Below are positions 54,501-63,878 of a DNA stretch of 64,000 nucleotides, in pieces. Within the stretch, counting starts at the first letter, position 1, and each line of letters opens with the position of its first letter. The position numbers and the translations under genes were made by a program. The DNA lies in assembly GCA_963775425.1 (NCBI GenBank), contig CAVZJB010000003.1:64001-128000 (forward strand). The letters run 5' to 3'. This DNA comes from an uncultured delta proteobacterium (GTDB lineage: Bacteria; Myxococcota; UBA727; VGSZ01). A model generated the notes under the pieces. That model saw only the letters and a list, made by a program, of their open reading frames with translations. It ran no database searches and was not told where the DNA came from.

Positions 54501-56162
54501 GTGAAGTGTCAGAAGTGCGGCTCGCGGAACGAGGACGGCGCCTGGGTGTGCCGCACGTGCGAGTACATCCTCGACTCCTCCTTCCTGGGCAACGACATCC
54601 TGAACGAGCGCACCCGCGACGGCGTCGTCGACGAGAGCGCCAGCGAGGAGTCGCCGCTGCACGACTTCGGCGACGACGCCCTCATCCTCGGCCGCCTCGG
54701 GGACGGCGAGGTCGAGGAATTCGTCACCGACCGCACCGGTGGGTTCCTCCCCAAAAACAGCGAAGAGAAGAAGAAGGCGCCGCGCTCCGTGTACCTCACG
54801 GGCGAGGTGCGCATGCTCCTCGTGCCCGACGTCATCCTGCGCCATACGCCGGACGCCGCCGAGCGCCGCGAGGTGCTCTCCCCCGACGAGATCGTGTTGT
54901 TCGACCTCATCGACGGCGAGCGCACGCTGGCGGAGCTGCAGGAGGACTCGGCGTTTTCGGACAACGACCTGTGCGTCACCGTCGCGATGCTCCACGACAA
55001 GGCGCTGGTCGAGAGGGCGCCTCGCGTCGACGACAGCACCCGCGAGCTCGAGGTGCTGCCGCCGCTCGCGGAGCCGCCCGGGGAGGACCCGCTGCCGGCG
55101 TCGCCGTTCGACGAGCCGTCGGCGGCCGCTGCGCCCGCTCAGCCTGCGCCGTCGCCTGCGCCGCCGTCCGCCGCGCCGCCGCTGCCGTCGCCTGCGCGGC
55201 CGATGCCGTCCGCCGCGCCGCCGCTGCCTGCGCGGCCGTCGCCTGCGCCGCCGCTGCCGTCCGCCGCGCCGCCGCTGCCGTCGCCTGCGCCGCCGCTGCC
55301 GTCCGCCGCGCCGCCGCTGCCGTCGCCTGCGCGGCCGCTGCCGTCGCCTGCGCGGCCGCTGCCGTCGCCTGCGCGGCCGCTGCCGTCGCCTGCGCGGCCG
55401 CTGCCGTCGCCTGCGCGGCCGCTGCCGTCGCCTGCGCGGCCGCTGCCGTCGCCCGCGCCGGAGGCGGCGCCGCCGCTCGAGCCGTCGCCCCCGCCCGGCT
55501 CGCGCTTTCGTCCCGCGCTGCGCCCCGCGATGAAGGCGGCCCCGCTGCCGAAGAGGAGCCCGCCCCTTGCGTCGCCCGCGCGCACGGGGGCGCCGGCGTC
55601 GCCGCCCCCGACGTCGGCGCCGAGCGAGTCGGCCTCCACGCGCGAGGCGAAGAAGCGCGCCGCCAACTACTACGACATGTGCATGAAGGAGCTCGGCTTC
55701 GGGCGCATGGGCCGCGCCTGGGGCTACGCCAAGATGGCGGCCGACGCCGACCCCTCCGAGGAGAAGTACGCGGCGCTGCTGCGCGACTGGAACAAGCTGC
55801 ACGGCGCCCACGCCGAGCGCGCGTCCACGCCGCAGGAGCTGATGGCGGCGGCGAAGGAGGCGGAGGCCAACGGCGACTTCGAAAAGGCCGTGGACCTCTT
55901 GAAGAAGCTCGTCGCCCAGGCGCCCGGCGCGGCCGCGGCGCACAACATGCTCGCGGTCCTGCTCGCCACGCGCTTGCGCGACTTTCGCGCCGCCTACGAC
56001 GCCGCCATCAAGGCCGTGGAGCTCGAGCCCGGCAACATGGCGTACCAGTCGAACATGATGAAGATCCTCTCCCGCATCGAGAACGACGAGGGCAAGGGCG
56101 CCGCAACGGGCGGCGCCGGCGCCGCCGGCGGCATCCTCTCGCGCCTGCTGCGCCGCTCCTGA
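54501..56162 (+). CDS. Zinc-ribbon / Pro-rich / TPR protein
   Basis: MKCQKCG..CRTC, possible winged helix, Pro-rich linker, C-terminal TPR helices. Confidence 0.8.
   Translation: MKCQKCGSRNEDGAWVCRTCEYILDSSFLGNDILNERTRDGVVDESASEESPLHDFGDDALILGRLGDGEVEEFVTDRTGGFLPKNSEEKKKAPRSVYLTGEVRMLLVPDVILRHTPDAAERREVLSPDEIVLFDLIDGERTLAELQEDSAFSDNDLCVTVAMLHDKALVERAPRVDDSTRELEVLPPLAEPPGEDPLPASPFDEPSAAAAPAQPAPSPAPPSAAPPLPSPARPMPSAAPPLPARPSPAPPLPSAAPPLPSPAPPLPSAAPPLPSPARPLPSPARPLPSPARPLPSPARPLPSPARPLPSPARPLPSPAPEAAPPLEPSPPPGSRFRPALRPAMKAAPLPKRSPPLASPARTGAPASPPPTSAPSESASTREAKKRAANYYDMCMKELGFGRMGRAWGYAKMAADADPSEEKYAALLRDWNKLHGAHAERASTPQELMAAAKEAEANGDFEKAVDLLKKLVAQAPGAAAAHNMLAVLLATRLRDFRAAYDAAIKAVELEPGNMAYQSNMMKILSRIENDEGKGAATGGAGAAGGILSRLLRRS
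55175..55460 (+). repeat. 21-bp tandem repeat region (PLPSPAR x6 plus variants)
   Basis: CCGCTGCCGTCGCCTGCGCGG x6 at 55314-55439, with degenerate PLPSAAP/PLPSPAP units around it. Confidence 0.93.
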
Positions 56163-56260
56163 GGCGTTCCAAACCCCGCGTGATTTCGTAGCTGTCCCGG
56201 GCGGCGCCGGTGCGCATGCTGTCCGTGTGTCGCAGAGCCGCGGCGCTTCGGAGGAAGAAG

Positions 56261-56518
56261 ATGGGAATTCTTGCGTGGATCGTGTTCGGCTTCATCGTGG
56301 GTCTCGTGGCGCGGGCGGTGATGCCCGGGCGCCAGACGATGGGCTTTTTCAAGACCACGGCGCTCGGCGTCGGCGGCTCCTTCGTCGGCGGCGCGCTGAC
56401 ACACCTCCTCTTTCATCGGCCGCACTTCGGTGGCCTCGACACCGCCGGCTTCATCGGCAGCGTCGTCGGCGCGCTGGTGATCCTCGTCGTCGCCGGGCTC
56501 CTGCAGCGCCGCTCGTGA
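56261..56518 (+). CDS. GlsB/YeaQ/YmgE family stress membrane protein
   Basis: MGILAWIVFGFIVGLVARAVMPG..GFIGSVVGA; GGAGG RBS. Confidence 0.93.
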   Translation: MGILAWIVFGFIVGLVARAVMPGRQTMGFFKTTALGVGGSFVGGALTHLLFHRPHFGGLDTAGFIGSVVGALVILVVAGLLQRRS

Positions 56519-56525
56519 CCCGCCG

Positions 56526-57194
56526 CTAAAGGCGGACGTCGAGCAGGAGGCGCGCCTCGAGGTGGCCGTCCGCGGCGGCCAGCGGCATCTCCACGCGTCG
56601 CTGCACGCGGTGCGAGGCCGGGATGACGACCACCGCGCCGGCGCTCGTCTCCGGCGTCACCGCCTCGCCCAGGCGGACGCTGCACCTGCGCGGCGTCTCG
56701 AGCGCGCGGTCGGCGGAGACGGCCGCCACCGGCCGCGCCTCGCCCGCGTCGTCGACGGAGATGTGGACCCGCTCCGCGTCGCCCAGGCCGTCCACGGCCA
56801 CGCGGAAGGCGTCGGCGTCCGCGACCTCGGCCACCACCGCCACCGCCACGAATCGCCCCGGCCGCGTGTAGCGCACCTTCTCCTCGCCGCGCACCGGGCC
56901 GCCACGCAGCGCGATCTCCGCCGGCGCCTTCGCCGACGGCGCGCTCAGCAAGAACAGGCGCGCCAGCCGCGCTCCGCCGCTGTCGACGACGTAGAGCGCC
57001 ACCGCCGCCGCCGCCGTCCCCGGCCGCCGCAAGAACCCGCGGCGCACGGCCTTCAGCGAGAGCGTCGCCGCGACCTCGGGCTCGCACACGCGCCCCCGGG
57101 CGAGCAGGTCGCCGGGGACGTCGGCGTCCTCGACGTCGATCTGCCGCGCGAGCTCCCGGCGGCTCTCCCGCTGCTTGTCGCGTTTGCGGCTCAC
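56526..57194 (-). CDS. Hypothetical protein
   Basis: Only frame here with plausible codon usage. Confidence 0.6.
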   Translation of the reverse strand: MSRKRDKQRESRRELARQIDVEDADVPGDLLARGRVCEPEVAATLSLKAVRRGFLRRPGTAAAAVALYVVDSGGARLARLFLLSAPSAKAPAEIALRGGPVRGEEKVRYTRPGRFVAVAVVAEVADADAFRVAVDGLGDAERVHISVDDAGEARPVAAVSADRALETPRRCSVRLGEAVTPETSAGAVVVIPASHRVQRRVEMPLAAADGHLEARLLLDVRL

Positions 57195-57265
57195 GCCCCG
57201 CTGTTAGCACCGCGGGAGGGAACTTGCCGCGCCCGGTGGCGCCCTCGGGAGCGCTCGCGCTATCG

Positions 57266-57658
57266 ATGTGCGTGGCGACCAAGACGCAGCGCGGCCCCCG
57301 GTCGCACAAGAGCAAGAGCAGGAAGCCGGCGCCCGAGCCGCACACGTTCTTCGAGCGGGCGGTGCCGCGCGTCCTGTCCATCATGCGCGTCACCTGCGCG
57401 GAGCTCGGCGGGCGCTACTCGGTCGAGGTCGCCGGGCAGGGCACGTGGACGCTCGACTTCCCCGAGGCCCGCGTGCTGCCGAGCGCCGTCGAGGGCGCCG
57501 ACGTCATCGTGCACCTCTCGCCGGAGCAGTTCGCGAGCCTCGCCACGGGCAAGATCGAGCTGCGCAAGCTCGTCGCCGACGGCGCCGTGCGCGCCGACGG
57601 CGACGCTTCGAAGCTCGAAAACGTGTCGCTCGTGCTCGCGTTCCTCGAGCGGGGCTGA
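57266..57658 (+). CDS. SCP2 sterol-binding domain protein
   Basis: GQGTWTLDF..ADVIVHLS.EQF..LATGK..GAVRADGD. Confidence 0.8.
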   Translation: MCVATKTQRGPRSHKSKSRKPAPEPHTFFERAVPRVLSIMRVTCAELGGRYSVEVAGQGTWTLDFPEARVLPSAVEGADVIVHLSPEQFASLATGKIELRKLVADGAVRADGDASKLENVSLVLAFLERG

Positions 57659-57791
57659 GCGACGCCACGCGCCCGCTCCGGACACCGCGTCGGTCGTGCA
57701 GCCGCGGCCGGCCGACCGTAAATCCCGCAGTGATTCCTCGTCGCGCGATCCATACACCACGCATGGACCCGGCTCGGGTGTGGAGGGCGAA

Positions 57792-58349
57792 ATGGCGCGC
57801 ATCGGTTTCATCGTCGCTGAGATGTTCGAAGACGCGGAGCTCAGGATCCCGCTCGAGCGCATCGCGGAGGCCGGCCACGAGCCCGTGATCATCGGCGTCG
57901 AGGCCGGCGTCGACGTGGCGGGCAAGCGGAACGAGCAGAGGGTGCGCGTGGACGTCGCCGCCGAGGACGTCACCATCGAGGAGATCGACGCGCTCGTGAT
58001 CCCGGGCGGCTGGTCACCGGATCACCTGCGCACCAACGACGACGTCGTCGACCTCGTGCGTGACTTCTTCGACACGGGCAAGCCGCTCGCGGCGGTCTGT
58101 CACGGCCCGTCGCTCCTCGTGGACGCGGACATCCTCGAGGGACGCACGCTCACGTCCTGGCCGTCCATCAAGAACGATCTGTTGAACGCCGGCGCCGAGT
58201 GGGTGGACGAGCCCGTCGTCGTCGACGACAACCTCATCACCTCGCGAAACCCGGGTGACCTCGACGTGTTCACCGACGCCATCCTCCAGACGCTGGCGGA
58301 GGGCCCGGAGGAGATCGAGCAGGAGGAAGAGGCCACCTCGGGCATCTGA
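57792..58349 (+). CDS. PfpI/DJ-1 family (type 1 glutamine amidotransferase-like) protein
   Basis: MFEDAE, DALVIPGGWSPDHLR, AAVCHGP, NLITSRNPGDL; GGAGG RBS. Confidence 0.93.
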   Translation: MARIGFIVAEMFEDAELRIPLERIAEAGHEPVIIGVEAGVDVAGKRNEQRVRVDVAAEDVTIEEIDALVIPGGWSPDHLRTNDDVVDLVRDFFDTGKPLAAVCHGPSLLVDADILEGRTLTSWPSIKNDLLNAGAEWVDEPVVVDDNLITSRNPGDLDVFTDAILQTLAEGPEEIEQEEEATSGI

Positions 58350-58429
58350 GGTCCGCCTTCCGTCCGACGCCGTTTTGCCGACAACGCCCTTCCGATTCGC
58401 GGTCGCGGCGGTCGATGTCTCCTGGGCGC

Positions 58430-60250
58430 ATGGCTCACCTCCTCGCGCGCGTCGGCCCCTGCTCATTTCTCACGGTCGTCCTCGTCATGGCCGCCGGCTG
58501 CGGCGGGGACCCCGGCGACCTGACGATGGGCTCGCTGCTCGTCGACGCGCCGGGCCAGGCGGAGCAAGCGGTGCACGCCGTGTGTCCGAACGGCTCCACC
58601 ACGTTCGGCATCGACGTGAGCAAGTGGCAGGGCAACATCAACTGGAGCGCCGTGGCCGGCGCCGGGGTGAAGTTCGCGTTCATCCGCGTGAGCGACGGCA
58701 CCGGCTATCACGACGAGAAGTACGCGCAGAACTGGGCGGGGGCGCGCGCCAACGGCATCGCGCGCGGCACCTACCAGTTCTTCCGCTCCAACCAGGATCC
58801 CATCGCGCAGGCCGATCTGCTCATCAACGCCATGGGGCCGCTGCAGCCCGGCGATCTGCCGCCCGTCGTCGACGTGGAGAGCACCGACGGCGTCGGCAAC
58901 GCGACGCGCGCGGCGCGCCTGCACACGTGGCTCGATCACGTCGAGCAGGCGGTGGGCGCGCGCCCGATCATCTACACCGGCGGCTACTTCTGGCAGGACA
59001 ACGTGGGCCAGGACTTCAGCGGGTATCCGCTGTGGCACGCGGGCTATACGGGCGGCACCTGCCCGTCGACGGTGGCGAACCAGTGGGGCGGTTGGACGTT
59101 CTGGCAGTTCACGTCGTCGGGGAGCGTGAGCGGGATCAGCGGGAACGTCGACGAGAACCGCTTCAACGGCGACCTGGGCGCGCTCGGGACGTTTGCCAAC
59201 CGCGACCAGGCGCCGCGCGGCTACCTCGACGCCGTGGACTGCGACGCGGGAGCGCAGGGGTGGGCGCAGGATCTCGACACCCCGGACCAGGCGATCGCGG
59301 TGCACGTCTATCTGGACGGCCCGGCGGGATCGGGCGCGCACGGCTTCGCCACCACCGCGGGCAACCAGAGAGACGATCTCTGCAACGCGATCGGCTCGTG
59401 CGCACACGGCTTCGCGCTCCCGATCCCCTTCGCGTACCGCGACGGGAACGCGCACACGGCGTTCGCGTACGGCATCGACGACGCCGGCGGCAACAACCCG
59501 GCGCTGTCGGGGTCCGGGATGTCGTTCACGTGCGCGCCGCCGGCGGCGCCGCTCGACGCGTCGAAGGGCCTGTTGCGCCACGTGCCGAGCCCGCCGGTGA
59601 TGACGGCGTGGTCGTTCTCGTTCGACGACGTCGCCGCCTACGACGCCGACGCGGTGGGCGCGTACCCGGTGGGCGACGCATGGGGAGACGCCCCGCGGCT
59701 CGTGGAGGCCGAGGGCGGGCCCGCGATCTACGTCGTCGACGGCGGCGTGCGCCGCCACGTCGTGTCGCCGGACTCGATGGACGCGTGGCGCTTCGACTGG
59801 TCCGCCGTGGAGGTCCTCGCGCCCGCCGACGTCGACGCCATCCCGCTCGGGCCGGACCTCCCCCCGGCGCCGTTCCTGCTGCGCGCCGCCGGCGACCCGG
59901 CCATCTACGTCCTCGACGTCCCGCCGCTCGACACGTCCGCCGGTGACGGCGCGAACCCCGGTGACGGCGCGAACCCCGGTGACGGCGCGGACCCCGGCGC
60001 AGGCGACGGCACGGACCCGCCGGCCGGCTCCGACCCGACCGGCGACGGCGGCAGCGCGAGCGGCGCCGGCGGCGACGACATCGGCGGTGACGGCGGCGAC
60101 ATCGGTGGTGACGGCGGCGGCGTCGTCGTGCCAAACGGCCCGCCGCGCGCACAGGGAGGCGGCTGCGCCGCCGCGCCGTGCGCGCCCGCCGGCTTCGCGG
60201 CGCTCCTCGCGCTGCTCGGCCTGCGCCGCCGCTCGCGTCGCTCGCGCTGA
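58430..60250 (+). CDS. GH25 lysozyme/muramidase with accessory domains and MYXO-CTERM-like tail
   Basis: MAAGC lipobox-like, FGIDVSKWQG, PVVDVE, IIYTG, FWQFTSSG.VSGI.GNVD; tail GGGCAAAP..LLALLGLRRR. Confidence 0.9.
   Translation: MAHLLARVGPCSFLTVVLVMAAGCGGDPGDLTMGSLLVDAPGQAEQAVHAVCPNGSTTFGIDVSKWQGNINWSAVAGAGVKFAFIRVSDGTGYHDEKYAQNWAGARANGIARGTYQFFRSNQDPIAQADLLINAMGPLQPGDLPPVVDVESTDGVGNATRAARLHTWLDHVEQAVGARPIIYTGGYFWQDNVGQDFSGYPLWHAGYTGGTCPSTVANQWGGWTFWQFTSSGSVSGISGNVDENRFNGDLGALGTFANRDQAPRGYLDAVDCDAGAQGWAQDLDTPDQAIAVHVYLDGPAGSGAHGFATTAGNQRDDLCNAIGSCAHGFALPIPFAYRDGNAHTAFAYGIDDAGGNNPALSGSGMSFTCAPPAAPLDASKGLLRHVPSPPVMTAWSFSFDDVAAYDADAVGAYPVGDAWGDAPRLVEAEGGPAIYVVDGGVRRHVVSPDSMDAWRFDWSAVEVLAPADVDAIPLGPDLPPAPFLLRAAGDPAIYVLDVPPLDTSAGDGANPGDGANPGDGADPGAGDGTDPPAGSDPTGDGGSASGAGGDDIGGDGGDIGGDGGGVVVPNGPPRAQGGGCAAAPCAPAGFAALLALLGLRRRSRRSR
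59942..59995 (+). repeat. 18-bp tandem repeat x3 (GDGANP/GDGADP)
   Basis: GGTGACGGCGCG(A/G)ACCCC x3. Confidence 0.9.
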
Positions 60251-60281
60251 TCAGCGCGGCCGCTCTCTCCGGGAGCTGATC
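60249..60281 (+). repeat. Degenerate copy 3 of the 28-bp dispersed repeat, with GATCAGC/GCTGATC inverted ends
   Basis: GATCAGCGCGGCCGCTCTCTCCGGGAGCTGATC aligns to 19180-19213. Confidence 0.7.
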
Positions 60282-60327
60282 CGGCGCGCGCGGTCCGATG
60301 CGGGCGACGAGCCCGCCCGCGGCCGCG

Positions 60328-61290
60328 TCAGGCGGCGAACGAGGAGAGGCGGTCGAGCTCGGCCTTCTCGTCGTCGTCGAGCGTGAGCGTGAGGGCGCCG
60401 GCGTTTTGCTCGGCCTGGCGCACGCTGGTGGCGCCGGGGATGGCGACGATGGCGTCGCCGTGGAAGGTCACCGTCCAGTTGAGCGCCACCTGTGAGGGCG
60501 TGGCGCCGTGCTTGTCGGCGATGCGCCGCAGGGCCTCGATCAGCGGCCGGCTCTTGTCGAGGGCGCGCGCGGAAAACGCGGGCAGCATCCGCCGCACGCC
60601 GGCGGGCCGCGCGCCGTCGTGAAAACGCCCCGAGAGGAGCCCCTGCGCGAGCGGCGAGTACGCGATGACGAGCACGCCGAGGTTGCGGGCGGTGTCGAGC
60701 ACGCCGTTTTTCTCGATGCGCCGGTCGAGCAGGCTGTAGCGGACCTGATTGGAGGCGAGCACCACGCCCTTGTCCGCGAGCCGCTCGTAGCAGAGCCGCA
60801 TCGCGTGCGCGTTGAAGTTCGAGATGCCGACCGCGGCGCTCTTGTGGCTCTTCACCAACGTGGCGAGCGCGTCCATCTGCTGTGCGTGCGACGACAGCGA
60901 GCCGAAGGGCTGGTGGATCTGGAACAGCGACACCGGGAACCCGCCGAGCCGCGCGAGCCGCTCGTCGATGGACGTCGTGATCGAGCGCGCCGTACGCGTC
61001 GGCAGCGGCACCCACTTGGTGGCGACGACGACGTCATCGGGCTTCGCCCCCGCCGCCCGCAGCGCGTCCGCGAGCGCCTCTTCGGACGCGCCGCCGCCGT
61101 ACGCCTCCGCGGTGTCGAAGAAGTTGATGCCGCCCGCGATGGACGACGCGACCACCGCGTGCGCGGTCTCCCGCGGCACCGCCGGCCAGAACCCGCCCAC
61201 GACACCCTGGCCGCCCGAGAGCTGCCAGCAGCCGAGGCCCAACGCGCTGATGCGCAGCGAGGTGCCGGGCAGGAGACGCCGCTCGATCAT
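60328..61290 (-). CDS. Aldo/keto reductase
   Basis: LGLGCWQ, FFDTAEAYG, VATK, QIH, VGISNF, NQVRYSLL, AYSPLAQGLL, IPGA. Confidence 0.93.
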   Translation of the reverse strand: MIERRLLPGTSLRISALGLGCWQLSGGQGVVGGFWPAVPRETAHAVVASSIAGGINFFDTAEAYGGGASEEALADALRAAGAKPDDVVVATKWVPLPTRTARSITTSIDERLARLGGFPVSLFQIHQPFGSLSSHAQQMDALATLVKSHKSAAVGISNFNAHAMRLCYERLADKGVVLASNQVRYSLLDRRIEKNGVLDTARNLGVLVIAYSPLAQGLLSGRFHDGARPAGVRRMLPAFSARALDKSRPLIEALRRIADKHGATPSQVALNWTVTFHGDAIVAIPGATSVRQAEQNAGALTLTLDDDEKAELDRLSSFAA

Positions 61291-62195
61291 CTCGCGGCCT
61301 CGTCGATCCGGCGCGGCCCGCGCCAGAACCGCAGGAAGGCGCGCAGGTAGCCCGGGCGCGCGCGCGATGTGTCCTCGAACGCCGGCAGGCGGTTCCAGGG
61401 CACCGCGGGGTTTTGGTGGTGGGCGAGGTGCCAGTTGAAGTTCAAGAGGAGCATCTCGTAGGCGCGGGCGGCCGCGAGGTTGTGCGCGCCGTTCTTCACG
61501 TCGCGCGGCGAGTAGGCGTGGGTGACGTACTGTTGCGACGACCAATTGAGCGCGAACAGGCCGTAGAGCGCAAGGACGGTGACCACGCGGAGCTCGAGCG
61601 CGAAGAACAGCGCGACGTGCAGCGCCACCACCGCGAGGCTCTCGAGCCGGATGCGCCGCACGAACCCCGCGCGCACCCCGTTCACCATCGCGGCGGCCTC
61701 GGGCGCGTCCTGCACGATCTGCGCGCGCAGCAGCCGCGGCCACACGACGAGCGCCACCGTGGCCAGGGGGACGAGCAACCAGAAGCCGCCGAGGAAGAGC
61801 GCATAGAAGGCGGCGGTGCGCGCGGCGGCCGCGTCGCCGGGCAGGAGGAGCTCGAAGCGCTCGACGTCGCTCCTGTTGCGCCGGTGATGCCCGAGGTGGC
61901 AGGCGCGCAGGAAGCTGAAGGAGCCGGGGAAGAGCGCGGCGAGCGCGACGCCGAACGCGTCGTTCACGCGCGCGTCCCGGTTGAACAAGCGGTGCTCCGC
62001 CTCGTGCAACAGGGAGTAGAGCGGCAACAGCAAGAACGAAAACAGCACACCGATCCCCGCCACCGCCCACGCCGACGTCTGCCGCGCCGCCCACCACTGC
62101 AAAAAGAGCGCGGCAGCGACGATGGCGATCGCGAGCGCGACGTTTCGGCGCGCGGGGAGCGCGCCGGCGGCGGCGGTGGTGCCGTCGTCTTTCAC
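61287..62195 (-). CDS. Membrane fatty acid desaturase family protein
   Basis: His boxes HEAEH, HLGHH, HLAHH..P.VPW..LP; coupled to both neighbours. Confidence 0.9.
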   Translation of the reverse strand: MKDDGTTAAAGALPARRNVALAIAIVAAALFLQWWAARQTSAWAVAGIGVLFSFLLLPLYSLLHEAEHRLFNRDARVNDAFGVALAALFPGSFSFLRACHLGHHRRNRSDVERFELLLPGDAAAARTAAFYALFLGGFWLLVPLATVALVVWPRLLRAQIVQDAPEAAAMVNGVRAGFVRRIRLESLAVVALHVALFFALELRVVTVLALYGLFALNWSSQQYVTHAYSPRDVKNGAHNLAAARAYEMLLLNFNWHLAHHQNPAVPWNRLPAFEDTSRARPGYLRAFLRFWRGPRRIDEAAR

Positions 62196-62800
62196 GCGAT
62201 GCCCCGCGCGCGCCGAACGAGCGCGTGTGCGACCAGCGCGACGGCGACGCCGCCGGCGATGTCGACGAGGAAGTGCTGCTTCACGGTCACCGTGGACACG
62301 GCGATGAGCGCGGCCCACGCGAGCCAGGCGGCGCCGCGTGGGCCGTGCGCGCGACGTTGAAGCGCCACGACCACGGGCGTGGCGACGTGGATGCTCGGGA
62401 ACGTGTTCCCGGGGAGGTCGCGCGCAAAGATCATCGCGAACGCCGCGCGCCACGGTGGCGCGATGGAGGCCAAGGCCGGGCGCGGGTAGTGCGCGGTGAA
62501 GAGGACGAAGCCCGCGTAGCACAGCGCGTTGGCGAGGAGCACGGCGGCGAAGAGCTCGACGTACGCGGCGCCGGAGCTCACCACCGCCGCCAGGAGCACC
62601 ATCGCGTACAGGCTCAGATAGACGGCGATGGTCCACGGCAAGAAGGGGACGGCGTCGTCGACGGGGAGCGAGAGGTCGAAGCGCGGCGCCAGCGACGCGT
62701 TCAGCGCCCAGTACGCCTGCATGGTGACGATGAGGAGCAGGCCCGTGAGCGCCACGCGCGAGAGCGGTCTTTCACACAGGCGCCGAAGCGCGGCCTCCAT
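62192..62800 (-). CDS. PAP2 superfamily membrane protein (phosphatase / IPC-synthase-like)
   Basis: DDAVPFLPW..VYLS, YPRP, D.PGNTFPSIHV, STVTVKQHFLVD..GG. Confidence 0.85.
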   Translation of the reverse strand: MEAALRRLCERPLSRVALTGLLLIVTMQAYWALNASLAPRFDLSLPVDDAVPFLPWTIAVYLSLYAMVLLAAVVSSGAAYVELFAAVLLANALCYAGFVLFTAHYPRPALASIAPPWRAAFAMIFARDLPGNTFPSIHVATPVVVALQRRAHGPRGAAWLAWAALIAVSTVTVKQHFLVDIAGGVAVALVAHALVRRARGIA

Positions 62801-62825
62801 CGGCGGAGCGTACCGCGCCCGCCCG

Positions 62826-63668
62826 CTACGGCCACTGGCCGTCGGCGCATTCGTCCTCGTCTCCGTGCGCGCGCCAGGTGACGACGAAGTCGAGGATCTG
62901 CTGGTCGTTGACGCAGGTGGACTCGAGCACGTGGTCCCAGGCCACGACGGCCACCGCGTCGTCGAGGACGGAGTCGTACGTATACAGCGCGCGCTTGTGC
63001 GACCACCCTTCGGCGACGCACTCGGGATCGAACGGAAGGCTCGCGAAGGCGTCTCGCATCTGCTGCACCTGCTCGGGCGTCGCGTTCGGCCCCGCGAGCA
63101 GCACGACTGCGCCGTGCTCGAGGTTGTGGACGAAGACCTCGCGCGGAACCTCGTCGTCGTGCGCCGTGTAGGTGGCCCAGATGGGCCAGTGCGGGCCCGA
63201 CGCGGGCGGATTGTGGTCGTAGTCGACGGAGATGCCCGCGTCGACGTGCCACGTGCCCTGCTCGGGCAGCGTCGACAGCCGCATGACGCAGCCGGCGTCG
63301 ACAGCGCCAGCGTCGCCAGCGTCGCCACCGTCGAAGGCGTCGCCACCGTCGACGGTGCCACCGCCGGCGTCGCCAGCAGCACCGTCGACGGTGCCAGCGT
63401 CGACGTCGCCAGCGTTGCCAGCGTCGACGGCGCCACCGTCGATGGCGCCGACGACGACGGTGCCGCCGTCGCCGTCGCCCGGGCCGCCGTCGCCCGTTCG
63501 CGCCGGCAGCGGCAGCGCGTCCGCGAGGCTCTTCGCGGCCGGCGCCGGCGGCGCGATCACCGCCGGGCCTCGAGCGCGCGCACGGGGGAGGTCGGGCTCC
63601 GGCCCGCACGCGAGGGACACGACCAAGAGGGCGGCAGAAGCGCCGGCGACGACGATGGGATTGTGCAC
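62826..63668 (-). CDS. DUF3105 domain lipoprotein with DAG/DGG linker
   Basis: VSLAC lipobox-like; H..Y.HNPPASGPHW, VHNLEHGAVVL, VAW. Confidence 0.85.
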   Translation of the reverse strand: MHNPIVVAGASAALLVVSLACGPEPDLPRARARGPAVIAPPAPAAKSLADALPLPARTGDGGPGDGDGGTVVVGAIDGGAVDAGNAGDVDAGTVDGAAGDAGGGTVDGGDAFDGGDAGDAGAVDAGCVMRLSTLPEQGTWHVDAGISVDYDHNPPASGPHWPIWATYTAHDDEVPREVFVHNLEHGAVVLLAGPNATPEQVQQMRDAFASLPFDPECVAEGWSHKRALYTYDSVLDDAVAVVAWDHVLESTCVNDQQILDFVVTWRAHGDEDECADGQWP

Positions 63669-63878
63669 ATGCCGCGCGCAGCATCGCCCATGCCGGGGAC
63701 GTGACGCCCCCCGCGCGGGGCGCCACCGCGCTGACGCACGCGCGCGCTGGGCGCGGTCGACCTCGCACGCGTGTCGTCCTGCGCGGCGGGGTGTCTTCGA
63801 CCCGCCCCGGAGTGATCTCGACACATCTCGAGTCGAGGCCGTGCGGGGTCGATGAAGAGGAGAGACACGGAGGACACG

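Noticed and set aside
55175-55460. Second tandem array as a possible CRISPR
   Set aside because: No spacers; it is an in-frame Pro-rich coding repeat.
56195-56220. Possible sigma-54 motif before the GlsB/YeaQ gene
   Set aside because: Only bare GG-N10-GC spacing with poor flanking consensus.
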